DNA of 32,000 nucleotides from Mycoplasmoides genitalium G37 (GTDB lineage Bacteria; Bacillota_I; Bacilli_A; Mycoplasmatales; Mycoplasmoidaceae). Positions 1 to 8,940 of this stretch are shown piece after piece; the first letter of the stretch is position 1; every line of letters starts with the position of its first letter. Made by a program: the position numbers and the translations under genes. Where the stretch lies: contig NC_000908.2 in the NCBI RefSeq assembly GCF_000027325.1, positions 390,001 to 422,000 of the forward strand. The letters are read 5' to 3'. The notes under the pieces are model-generated. The model was given only the letters and a program-made list of their open reading frames with translations, made no database searches and was not told the origin of the DNA.

Positions 1-1335
1 ACTCCCAAATTTATAGTCATGAATTGGTTCAGATTTACTTTCATAATGCACATCATCAGATGCAGTTTCACTATTACTATTAAGTTGAATGAATTCAGAA
101 TTTAATGAATCATTGTTAGTTGCATCTTTGTTGTTTTCAGAGTAAAGATTAGATTCAGAATTTAAGTCACTAGTTTCAACTACATCTTGTTTATTGAAAC
201 TACTTTCTAAAACTGGCTCCTTAGTTATTTCAGGTTTGAATTGATCGTTAACTTCGCTATTTACTTGATCAAACTGCTCAACTGTTGGTTGAGTTTCAAA
301 TGAAGAAGAAAAAGTTGTTTGGTCTTGTTGATCTGTATCAATTGGTAATTGGTAACTATCAACTACTTGGGCTTGTTTACTTTCAAAATCAGTAGTTACT
401 TTTTTTTCAGCAGTTGGTTGTATTTCCTCATTATTATCAAGATTAGCTTGAACTTGATCAAATCCAACTTGATAATTATTTTGTTCTTCAGCAACTGGTT
501 TGAGCTCTTCATGGTGATCAAAGTTGTACTGAACATGATCATCTAAAGAAGGTTGGTCAAGGGTTGGTTGAGGTAAATCACTGTCAAAGCTGTAGCTATC
601 AGTTGTTGATTCAGGTTGTTTTGCAAAATGATCATCTGAAGAAGGTTGGTCAACAACTGATTCAGGTTGTTTTACTTCTGGTGGTAGGTCGTTATCAAAA
701 CCATAGTTTTCATCAGTTGGTTGTTTTGCAAAATAATCATCTGAAGAAGGCTGGTCAACAACTGATTCAGGTTGTTTTACTTCTGGTGGTAGGTCGTTAT
801 CAAAACCATAGTTATCTTCAACTGATTCAGGTTGTTTTACTTCTGGTGGTAAATCGTTATCAAAACCATAGTTATCTTCAACTGATTCAGGTTGTTTTAC
901 TTCTGGTGGTAAATCACTGTCAAAACCATAGTTTTCATCAGTTGGTTGAGATTCTTTAGTGGAGATCCACTGGTCATTTTCAAAGTAACCAGATCAAACC
1001 CACTCACCATTTTCATCATAAGAACCATAGTCAGGGTTACCAACATACTTTAAATAATCATTCTCTTCTTGCTTTTCATCAAAAACAAACGGATTCCCAT
1101 TTTCATCAAAGAGTTGGGAGATATCATATTCAGTATCTCCATAAGGATCATAGTAAACCCCTGTTTCTTTGTTAAAAGCTATATAATAGCCATTACCATC
1201 AGCATCATATGCTACCTTAATATTAGGGTCTTCTTCAACAGTGGATTTACCATCATAAAGATCACCAAAAATGTTTTCAGGTTCGGTTTGGGTATAGTTT
1301 TTTTCTTCAAAAACCGATTGCTTGTTTTTAGCCAT
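1..1335 (-). CDS. hmw1: HMW1 terminal-organelle (cytadherence accessory) protein, N-terminal 445 codons; the gene continues past the left edge
   Basis: ATG at 1335-1333; the track's M at 1338 is a TTG one codon upstream. I checked every codon of this frame down to position 1. The only standard stop is TGA at 991-993, and there is no TAA or TAG. N-terminus is [16 protein letters not shown]. An aromatic/Gly-rich EAGR-box-like segment [21 protein letters not shown] spans the TGA. It is followed by acidic, Pro-rich [19 protein letters not shown] repeats. Recognised from memory as MG_312. Confidence 0.9.
611..940. repeat. In-frame tandem repeats inside hmw1: four copies of a 60-nt unit nested in a 105-nt higher-order duplication
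   Basis: Direct reading. The unit actgattcaggttgttttacttctggtggtaRRtcRYtRtcaaaaccatagttWtcWtca occurs at 656-715, 761-820, 821-880 and 881-940. Copies 761-820 and 821-880 differ at 2 positions. The 45-nt block 611-655 recurs at 716-760, which gives the 105-nt duplication 611-715 / 716-820. Each 60-nt unit encodes about 20 aa ([21 protein letters not shown]). Confidence 0.9.
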
Positions 1336-1371
1336 CAAGAAAAGTTATTTATGCCAGTTTAGTCAAGCTTG

Positions 1372-1377
1372 ATTATA
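1372..1377 (-). promoter_or_regulatory. Candidate -10 box (TATAAT on the minus strand) for hmw1
   Basis: Plus-strand attata at 1372-1377 is TATAAT on the minus strand. It lies 36 nt upstream of the hmw1 ATG, in the 59-nt gap after the upstream gene's stop. This is a motif match only. Confidence 0.3.
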
Positions 1378-1394
1378 AAACTTATCGCTTCGCT

Positions 1395-2258
1395 CTAACT
1401 CTTCCATGAAAGCGTAAATAGTAATAAATAATTTTTTAAATTATTTTCCACAATCCCTATTAAAGGGTAAAACAAAGCTACATAGATAGGTAATAATAAC
1501 GCTTGCACCAATACTCTTGGTAAAAGAAAGAAATAAACCCCATACAAAACAAAGTTATTACTTGGTCTGCCATTATTAATAAAAGTAATAAACTCAATGG
1601 CAGCAATTGTCCCCAAAAGGATAGAAACAACTACTGACATTAAAACCATTAGAACCAAGCTATAAATAGTTAAAAGTGCTTGTTCTTTATTTCTCTTTTT
1701 TACATAAACAAACCCTAAAAATCCTTCTGTTACTAAAAAGAAAATAACAAAGCTAACTAAAGTTATGATTTGTAAAACAACAACATTAACACTAAGATCA
1801 GCAGTTTGAAAATTTTTTGTTCCAATTTGCTGAAACTCATTATTAGTTAGATAAAGTAAAAGCAGTGTTACACTAACAACAAAAAAAGTTACTAATAGTG
1901 TTTGTAACACCCAAAAATCAACCTTGTAATTACTGGCATTTTTTCTAACTAGATAAATCCCTTTAACTATGCCAGCAAGAAAAGCAAAGAGTGGCTTTTG
2001 CAATGCAAACATCCAAAACCACACATAACCCTTTGTTAACCAATCAATAGTATCAGATAAAAATCCAAAAATAAAACCCCAAATAGGACCAAAGATCCAT
2101 CCGAACAATGCAAAGGGAATCCTTAGAAAACTAATGCTTAATACATTAGTAACACTAATTGAAAAGATAGAAAAGATAAAGGTTAGTGCTAATAAAACAC
2201 TAGCTCAAACTAACAGTTGTAAACTCTTTAAAAGTCTCAACGGATAGTAAGGAAACAA
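1395..2258 (-). CDS. Multi-pass membrane protein of unknown function (MG_313-like); possibly an ECF-transporter S-component-like fold; start codon uncertain
   Basis: Track ORF 1395-2108 ends in TAG at 1395-1397. Upstream, the frame stays open through TGA codons at 2205-2207 and 2265-2267, up to a TAA at 2343-2345. There is no in-frame ATG or GTG between 2342 and 2108. The candidates are TTG at 2258, 2240 and 2108, and CTG at 2273 and 2216. The protein is very hydrophobic, e.g. FGWIFGPIWGFIFGFLSDTIDWL. Confidence 0.65.
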
Positions 2259-2302
2259 AAAGTTTCAAAACAGTTTTTTAGATTGAAGCTTGAATGTGAA
2301 TT

Positions 2303-3634
2303 TTAACCAAAAATAGTAGGTGGGGGGATATCTAAAGTAGTTTTACTTTCATCACTAGTAATTGGTTTTGCCAATTCCTCTTGAAAGTACTTATTAAATA
2401 TCTCATTAGTTTGTTCTAAGTTTAATTTAGGACTTAATGAAAAAGCAATTACACTAATGATGCTAAAAGGAACAATGCTAAAAACAAACAATCAGGCGAT
2501 TCCTATCAGATAACTTGCAAATAATGGTGAAACACTAATTAGTTGGTTTTCACTAAATAAGCGGATGATTAAAGCTGCATTTCAAAAGCCACTTCTTACT
2601 ATATTACCAGGGATACAATTTAAAAAGACAAAGATAAAGATAGTCCAAAAGATCCATTTTATTCTTACCTTATAACGGTAGTTATCATTAATTTTGGGAA
2701 ACTCTTTGACCCCAAATTCACTACGTAAATACCGCATTGCTCTATTGGTTTGACCTCTAGTTGCAAAGCTATAGGGTTTACCCTGAAAAGCAAAGAAAAA
2801 AGAAGCACCACCAAAAGCCAGGAAGATCATGGTAATCAAGTTAGATGAACTTAAAGCAAAAAAGCGGTTTAGATTTGTTGTATCTGCATTACTTTGCTGA
2901 ACAGTATTTTGGTCATTATTAACATTGAAAAGTGGACTGTTCTTATCAACAAAGTGGGTAAAAAAGACATTGACCATCACAACGTATGCTATCGAAATGA
3001 AAAAGATGGCAATCATAGAGATGAAAATCGCTAGTTGTGCTCATTTAATCCACTGACTCTTAAACTGAAACTCAAAGATCTTACCAACTAGTTTTTCAGA
3101 GGTAAACCTACCAAAGGCACGATCTCTGGCACGAACTTGGAGGGTTTGTTGCAAAATATTATTCTCAAGTCCTGAGTTTAGCTGTTGAGAATTGTTTATA
3201 GTTTGAAAACTTGGGTTATCTTTAACTGTTTTATTGTTTTCTTGTAACTCACTAACGGGTTTAACTTGAGTTTCAGCAAGTTTGGTAAAGCTATTCAACT
3301 CTTTATTAAACAAGTTTTTAACAGCAACATTAAGATAATTAGCTAAATCTAACGCATCAGTTAGATCAAACTTAGCAGCTTTAAGTTCTTTTTCACTTAA
3401 TTGGTTTTGCCCTAATTGGATAAACTTATCATGAAAACTACCAAAAAGAAAGTGGTCTGGTTTTTTTGTTTTAACTCTTTTTTGTTTTTCCTCTAAAAAA
3501 TAAAGTAATTTGAGTTGTGCCAAAATTGTTTTGGCAAAATCACTATCAGTTTTTATCCTTGTTCTTAAAGTTTCGTTATTAAAAACAATGTCAAGATTAT
3601 TTTGTACCTTAGTTAGAATTTCACTAAACGTCAT
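2303..3634 (-). CDS. Conserved hypothetical protein, 443 aa: soluble N-terminal half plus multi-TM C-terminal half (MG_314-like)
   Basis: Three track ORFs (3041-3634, 2582-3016, 2303-2491) share one frame. They are separated only by TGA codons at 3041-3043, 2582-2584 and 2492-2494. ATG at 3634, TAA at 2303-2305. Confidence 0.85.
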
Positions 3635-3657
3635 TTTGATAAGTAATTTTAGAGAGG

Positions 3658-4551
3658 TTAGTTAGTAAAAAAGCTTAAAGCAAAGTTTTTTAACAACGGA
3701 ATGGCAAAGCCATCATTGTGCTTTAATTTAATATCCAATTTTTGAATTGCATTAATTATATTTACTAAAACTTTGCTAGTAAAGTTATGGTACTGACTTT
3801 GAATAGCAATTAAGCGAAACTGATTAACATTTAGATTAATGTTAGTTAGTTGCTTTGGATTACAACTTTTAACCATCAATGCTAATAACAACTCCCCACT
3901 AAAAAATTCTAAAAATTGGGTGGCAAAATTTGGTTTTGTACTTGCCAATTCATCAATATATTTAAATGCCTTTACAATTTGTGAATTTGTTAGAGCTTTG
4001 GTTAATTTGTAAATTTGAACAGGTTGATAATCACAAATAACTGTTTCAACTAATTTGTTATCTTTGATTTCATTTTTACCTAACAAGCTAAGTTTGTTAA
4101 TTTCTTGGTAAATTACCCCCATATTTAAAGGTAAAGCATTCGCTAATCAATCAATTATTTCCAAATCAAGTTTTAAGTTAAGTTCTCTACAAACTTCACC
4201 AATTGCTTTATGCATTGATTTTCAATCCAATTTATCACAAAAAACAGTTGTGATTGATTTAATGGTTTTAATCCCACTAAAAGGATTGTCAGTATAAACA
4301 GTTAAAACTACATCAGTTGTTTTTAGTTTTTCTAAACACAAGTTTTCTTGTCTAGTTAAGCTTGTTTTTTCCAAAAAACTGCAATTATTGACAATAAACT
4401 TTTCATTATTAGAACCAAATAATGGTTGTGAAAAGAGATCATAAAGTTGCTTAAGATCTTTAAACCAAATAGTTTTATATGGAGAATTGCTTTTGATTTG
4501 ACTTAATTTTTGGTGAATTAGCCCAATATCTTGACCATAAATTATTGTCAT
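3658..4551 (-). CDS. holA: DNA polymerase III delta subunit-like protein (297 aa)
   Basis: Track ORFs 4222-4551 and 3658-4122 share a frame and are joined across TGA at 4222-4224 and 4147-4149. The N-terminus MTIIYGQDIGLIHQKL resembles the HolA N-terminal pattern. Size and position match MG_315 as I recall it. The family call rests on weak motif recognition. Confidence 0.7.
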
Positions 4552-5584
4552 AATAAGCTACTGTAAAAATAGTATATAAAAGTCCCAATAAGCCATAATA
4601 AACAAAAAAGAAAATCAGATTAGGTTTAGGTATTTGTAGAAAAACTGTTACTTTTAATGATCATTCACTTAGCATTTTAAGTGGGAGATAAATACCAAAA
4701 CTAGCTTGACCAAAAACACCAATAAAGGGTAAAATAATTCAACTAACACAAAAATAAAATAAGGCAATTGGGCTAAACAAAAGGTTAAACAAGACACTAA
4801 AAGCATTTAGTCTTGAATTTAAATACAAGCTTAAGGGGCTGATAACAATCAAGATTAAACTAGAACTGACAAGCGGTTTTAAAGCTTTTAATAACTTTAG
4901 TTTGTTGACAAATAACAATACAAAACAAGCTAGAAAAGAAAAATTAAAACCAAAGTTATTTAAAGCATGGTTACTAATAAGAATGATTAAAAGTGCAGTT
5001 AAACTTAAGTTATCTTCTGGTAACTGTTTTTTAAAAACCTGTTTTAACAGTGTTGAGATAAAAACTCTTAGTGCTGAAAAGGCAAATCCTACTAAAAACA
5101 GGTAAATCAATAAAACAGCAAAACCACTAAGTTTGTTTAAGTACCATCTTTTTCATAAAAACCGTTCCATTAAATTAAACAAGAAACTTAAGTGAAAACC
5201 ACTGATAACAAACAAATGGACAATGTTTAGTTTTAAAGCATTTTGGTACAAATTGTTTTTAGTGGTTTCATTAATTAAAAATAGTTTTAAATACTGATTT
5301 AACTCACCTTTAGTGGTCTGATCAATTCAATTAATGAAAGGGGTACGAATAAAGTTATTTTTAACAATTTGATTTATCTTGACTGCTGGAACAAAATAAC
5401 AAAAAGCAATAAAAAAACCAACAATTGTTAAGTTCAATAAACAAAACTTTCAGTCATACCAAAGACTAAAAAGCGTTATCAAAATGATCCAAATTGACAG
5501 TGCAACAAACTGTTCTTGTTGTACTAAAAAGAAGCCTGGGATAAAACTGAGTAAAACAAAAAAATAAAACAGCTTTGTTTGCAT
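4475..5584 (-). CDS. ComEC/Rec2-related membrane protein, short form (369 aa, competence/channel domain only)
   Basis: ATG at 5584-5582. The frame is open, with only TGA stops, through track ORF 4739-5110 down to TAA at 4475-4477; I checked codon by codon from 4739. It is polytopic and carries NIVHLFVISGFHLSFLF, which resembles the ComEC competence-domain motif (xSGxH). The last 77 nt overlap holA. Confidence 0.8.
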
Positions 5585-5592
5585 GCTGTTTT

Positions 5593-5623
5593 ATTAATAG
5601 ATTTATTTTGAACTTTTTAACAA
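5593..5623 (-). promoter_or_regulatory. Candidate alternative-sigma (MG_428/sigma-20-like) promoter: TTGTTA-N19-ATTAAT ending 8 nt before the ComEC-like ATG
   Basis: Minus strand reads ttgtta (5623-5618), then aaaagttcaaaataaatct (19 nt), then attaat (5598-5593), then aaaacagc, then ATG (5584). The published consensus as I recall it is TTGTCA-N18/19-ATTWAT. This is a motif match only. Confidence 0.3.
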
Positions 5624-5624
5624 A

Positions 5625-7424
5625 TTAAAAGTCCTTAGATCAATATGATCTTGATGGATAACGTCTAAGTCCATCATAGCTAGAACTAAATGGTAAACTA
5701 GTTCTTCTAAAACTTGATAGTCTTGTTGGTGAATGGAATGATGAACGGTATGAACTGATATTAGTTAATCTTCATGGTCTTCTTGTTAAGGGATAATAAC
5801 TACTTGGTGTTCTGCTAAAACGATAGTTAGAAATAGCATTATTTTGGAAATTAGTTGATCTTAATGGTGTGTAATTGTTGACTCTAGATTTTGGTGTGTA
5901 GTCAAAATCAAGAGAAAAACGATCACTAGTTAAACTTTGATTGGTATCGCTGTAAAGTGGATCACTGTATTTAGTTGCAACATACTCATTTTCAGGATAA
6001 AAACGGCTGAAATTGCTACTTTTTATAGTGTTATCACTCTTTAGAGCAATATCACTCATTATCCTTTGGTGGTTTAAAGCATTAATTTTCTCTAGAAGAG
6101 AAGCGTGGGAAGAGACACTAACAGTGATATCTGAATCAGTTGTGCGTTCAACTTGTCTAGGTTGAAAACCAGTGTCTAATTTTGATTGAAGTAAAGCTGC
6201 TGATCTTGGTACAACTTTAATTTGTAAACCTGAAGTTGGCAATGGTTGTTGGGGTTGATATTCAGTTTTTACTTCTGGTTTTCAGTGGTGAACTTCAACT
6301 TGAGGAGTTGATTCTACTTGAGGGATGTATTTTGTTTCAGGTTTTGGTTCAATTCTTGGTTCAACCATTTGAGCTTTCGGTTGAACTTCAACTTGAGGAA
6401 TATGTTTTATTACTTCTGGTTTTGATTCAATTCTTGGTTCAATCCTTTGAGGTTTTAAATCAACAACAGGTTTTGGTTGAACTTCAACATGTGGTACATG
6501 TTTTACTTCAGGTTGTTTAACTTCTGGTACTGAATCAACAACAGGTTTCACTTCTGGTTTTGGTTGAATTTCAACATGTGATACATGTTTCACTTCTGGT
6601 TTTGGTTCAATTTTGGGTTCAACTATTTGAGGTTTCGGTTGAACTTCAACTTGAGGAATATGTTTTACTTCAGGTTGAACTAACTTTGCTGGTTTATTAA
6701 CTAGTGGTGGTTTTAAAGAAGGGGAATTATTAAAACTATGGTTTTGAGATCCACTATCAACTTGAACGGGTTGTTGGTGGACTAAATCCTGATGGAGCTG
6801 TTGAGTAGGTGGCACTTCTTTTTCAACAAACTGGTCATCACCCAAGTTTTCTGTAGGTTGTTGGGGTTGATTTAAACTGTCATTTAATTCAAAGACATCA
6901 GGTTCACTTTCAGTTTCTAGAGTAGTGTGTTGAGCTGCTTTTGGTTGGTCATCAACTTCTATCTTAGGAAGACCTGCATCAATACTAGGATAATCTTGTT
7001 GGGTTGGTTGTTCTTGAGAAGTTTGAGTACTGCTTAAATAGTTAATTAAAGGGACCTTTTTCTCATCAGTATAGCTAGAAACATCCAAAACATTACCATT
7101 TTGGTCATAGAAAGTGTTGTTATCCTGATCATATTGAACAGTTACCAAGTTGTTCTTATCATCATAAGCATTTAAGCTAACAATGTTATTTGTAAAGCTA
7201 ATAGGGTTATCTGAAGTTAATTCAAACAAAGGATAGTTACTAGCTAACTGCTTTCTTTTTTCTAAAGAGAAGATATTACCTGATTCAGGATCTTGGTATA
7301 GAGCATGAACCTTATTTTTATGATCACGGGCATAAACAACACTAACATCAGGATATCTTTTGTTAATCTTTTTTAAAAGCTTGTTATAGGCTTTGTTTAT
7401 TTTAGCTTTCTGTTTATCGTTCAT
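5625..7424 (-). CDS. hmw3: HMW3 terminal-organelle protein (599 aa), Pro-rich
   Basis: Track ORFs 6282-7424 and 5772-6242 share a frame. TGAs at 6282-6284, 5772-5774 and 5640-5642 are read through to TAA at 5625-5627. The resulting 599 aa equals the HMW3 (MG_317) length I recall. Starts MNDKQKAKINKAYNKLLKK, with a large acidic and Pro-rich repeat region. Confidence 0.92.
6290..6690. repeat. Degenerate in-frame Pro/Val/Glu/Lys-rich periodic repeats within hmw3
   Basis: Recurrent DNA blocks ggttgaacttcaacttgaggaatatgttttaYtWcttc... and ttcaattcttggttcaa. The protein shows repeated (E/Q)VKH(I/V)P(Q/H)VEVQPKP and EPRIE(P/S)KPE motifs. Boundaries are approximate. Confidence 0.75.
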
Positions 7425-7438
7425 AAAAAATTACTAAA

Positions 7439-8281
7439 TTAGGGTTTTAAACCGCCTTTTGGCATCAATTGTGATGGGTTAGGACGTTGTTGCATATTTG
7501 GATTAAACCCAGGGCGTTGTTGCATGTTTGGATTAAAGTTATTTGGTTGTGCAAATTGGTTAGGATGGGGTTGGTTAAATCCAGGGCGTTGCATGTTTGG
7601 GTTCATCCTTGGGTTGAAATTATTGTGTGGTTGGAACTGTTGGTTTGGTTGGTTAAAACCAGGGCGTTGTTGCATGTTTGGATTAAACCCAGGGCGCTGC
7701 ATGTTTGGGTTCATCCTTGGGTTGAAATTATTGTGTGGTTGGAACTGTTGGTTTGGTTGGTTAAAACCAGGGCGTTGTTGCATGTTTGGATTAAATGCAG
7801 GTCTTAAAAGCGGAACACGCTGTTGAAACTGTGGTTGAAGGGGTTGTTGAACTTGGGGTTGGGAAGGCTGAGCTTGGGATTGTTGAGGATCAATTTCAAC
7901 TGTTTGTTGTTCTTGTTGATCTGAGATTCTTTGTAATTGCTCAGCAATCTGTTCTTGGCGTTCCTTCTCTTCAAGTAAACGTTTTTCTTTGCGCTTTACA
8001 ATAGGTAAACCTATCGCAAGTCCAAGGATAATAGCTAAAGCACTAAAACCAAATGAACCTGCTACTGTAGGGATAAATCAGGGCTGTTCAACAATTGATC
8101 TGCCCTGAATTACAGTTGTATTATCTTCTGTTTGATGAAAAACAACCCCTAGTTCACTACCATTAGTTTTCACAACAAGTGCAAATGCTAGTAACGATAA
8201 ACTAACAATTAGGATTGTTGTAAAAAGTAAAGCAAGAACTATAAAAAGTTTTTTGTATCTCAAAAATCCATTTAACTCCAT
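7439..8281 (-). CDS. p32: P32 adhesin-associated terminal-organelle membrane protein (ortholog of M. pneumoniae P30), 280 aa
   Basis: ATG at 8281-8279 ([11 protein letters not shown]...); the track's TTG at 8290 is less likely. TGA at 8078-8080 is read as Trp and joins ORF 8078-8290 to ORF 7439-7783. TAA at 7439-7441. The protein has two TM segments, then a Gln/Pro-rich C-terminus with [10 protein letters not shown] repeats. The 280-aa length matches MG_318 as I recall it. Confidence 0.92.
7481..7796. repeat. Tandem repeats in the p32 3' half: two adjacent 108-nt copies (7581-7688, 7689-7796) plus extra copies of a ~27-30-nt core (7481-7537)
   Basis: I aligned the two 108-nt copies by eye and found 2 mismatches in 108 (T/C at the 9th base, C/T at the last base). 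The core ccagggcgttgttgcatRtttggattaaa occurs five times in all: within 7481-7508, at 7510-7537, at the 3' end of each 108-nt copy, and as a variant missing 3 nt at the 5' end of each copy. Confidence 0.95.
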
Positions 8282-8297
8282 CTTTATCAAAACTTAA

Positions 8298-8834
8298 TTA
8301 GTTCCTTTTTCTTCTTGATCTTGAATCATCATAATACTCTTCTTGTTCTTGCTTTTTCATGTTCCTTTTTCTTCTTTTAATTGAACGAGTGATTTTATTG
8401 AGAAAGAAGTTAACAATTAAAGTACCTATTAAACCACTAACAAATGCCATTCCTAGGGGAATTACATACTTAGTTAGATAAGGTGTAAACTGTTCAACAA
8501 ATCCAGGCAACTTAGCATTTTTCAAAAAATCTACATATCCTGGGATAGCATAAAATGCACTTTTTTCAGTTGGAAAACGGTTATCCAAACCATTACTTGA
8601 ACCTTCTAAAAGTTGTAATAAGCTACTTGTTTGAGCAGTTGCAGTTGCACCATTGTTTGAAGAGATGTTATCCAACGCTTCTTTTGAAAAGAACCTGTTG
8701 AAAACATCCATTGGTTGTGCTAACTCAAATGGGTTTAGAGAACCAAAGTAAAAGATAGCTAAGAAAAGATAAGCAAAGCCTACCAATACCAATAAAAGAA
8801 AGCAAAGCTTAAAGAGAAATCGAAACAAGCGCAT
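8298..8834 (-). CDS. Small membrane protein of unknown function (178 aa; MG_319-like) with a highly basic C-terminus
   Basis: Intact ORF in the standard code. ATG at 8834, TAA at 8298-8300. It has an N-terminal TM ([21 protein letters not shown]) and a second TM near residue 130. The KRRKRN motif is duplicated at the C-terminus. Confidence 0.85.
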
Positions 8835-8866
8835 TTGTATTAGTCAAAAATAAAACTACTCTGTGA

Positions 8867-8872
8867 ATTTTA
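8867..8872 (-). promoter_or_regulatory. Candidate -10 box (TAAAAT on the minus strand) upstream of MG_319-like/p32/hmw3
   Basis: Plus-strand atttta at 8867-8872, 32 nt upstream of the ATG at 8834, within a 103-nt intergenic gap. This is a motif match only. Confidence 0.25.
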
Positions 8873-8920
8873 ACTTTATTTAGTTAAGCAAATGGTTTAT
8901 GTAATTAATTAAATTAACTA

Positions 8921-8940
8921 TAGAGCTTTAGAAAGCTCTA
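8921..8940 (-). terminator. Perfect palindrome tagagcttt-ag-aaagctcta overlapping the stop codon of the upstream gene; possible weak terminator or attenuator
   Basis: 9-nt arms at 8921-8929 and 8932-8940. The TAG stop of the 8938-9798 gene lies in the right arm. Downstream sequence on the minus strand is only moderately T-rich (tagttaatttaatt). Confidence 0.25.

Noticed and set aside
564-959. Plus-strand ORF (131 aa) antisense to the hmw1 repeats. The same applies to 349-546 and 1069-1362.
   Set aside because: Low-complexity translation (QVVLLLVV...). It is a by-product of the G+T-rich complement of an in-frame repeat array. The minus-strand frame encodes a recognisable HMW1.
611-7796. Tandem repeat arrays considered as possible CRISPR-like or satellite/mobile-element repeats.
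   Set aside because: The units are contiguous with no unique spacers, are multiples of 3 nt, and lie in frame within hmw1, hmw3 and p32. There are no cas genes, no terminal inverted repeats and no transposase or integrase anywhere in the window. No MgPa (MgPar) repeat sequence was recognised.
7440-7830. Possible G-quadruplex-forming GG/GGG runs on the plus strand of the p32 repeat region.
   Set aside because: The runs are mostly GG with long T-rich loops. They follow directly from Pro/Gln/Asn codon usage on the coding strand, and nothing beyond composition supports a structure.
6236-8004. Plus-strand ORFs 6236-6520, 7487-7807, 7524-7826 and 7795-8004, antisense to hmw3 and p32.
   Set aside because: Same artefact. 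The complement of the Pro/Gln-rich repeats lacks stop codons, and the products are repetitive Leu/Val/Trp/Gly strings with no start-site context.
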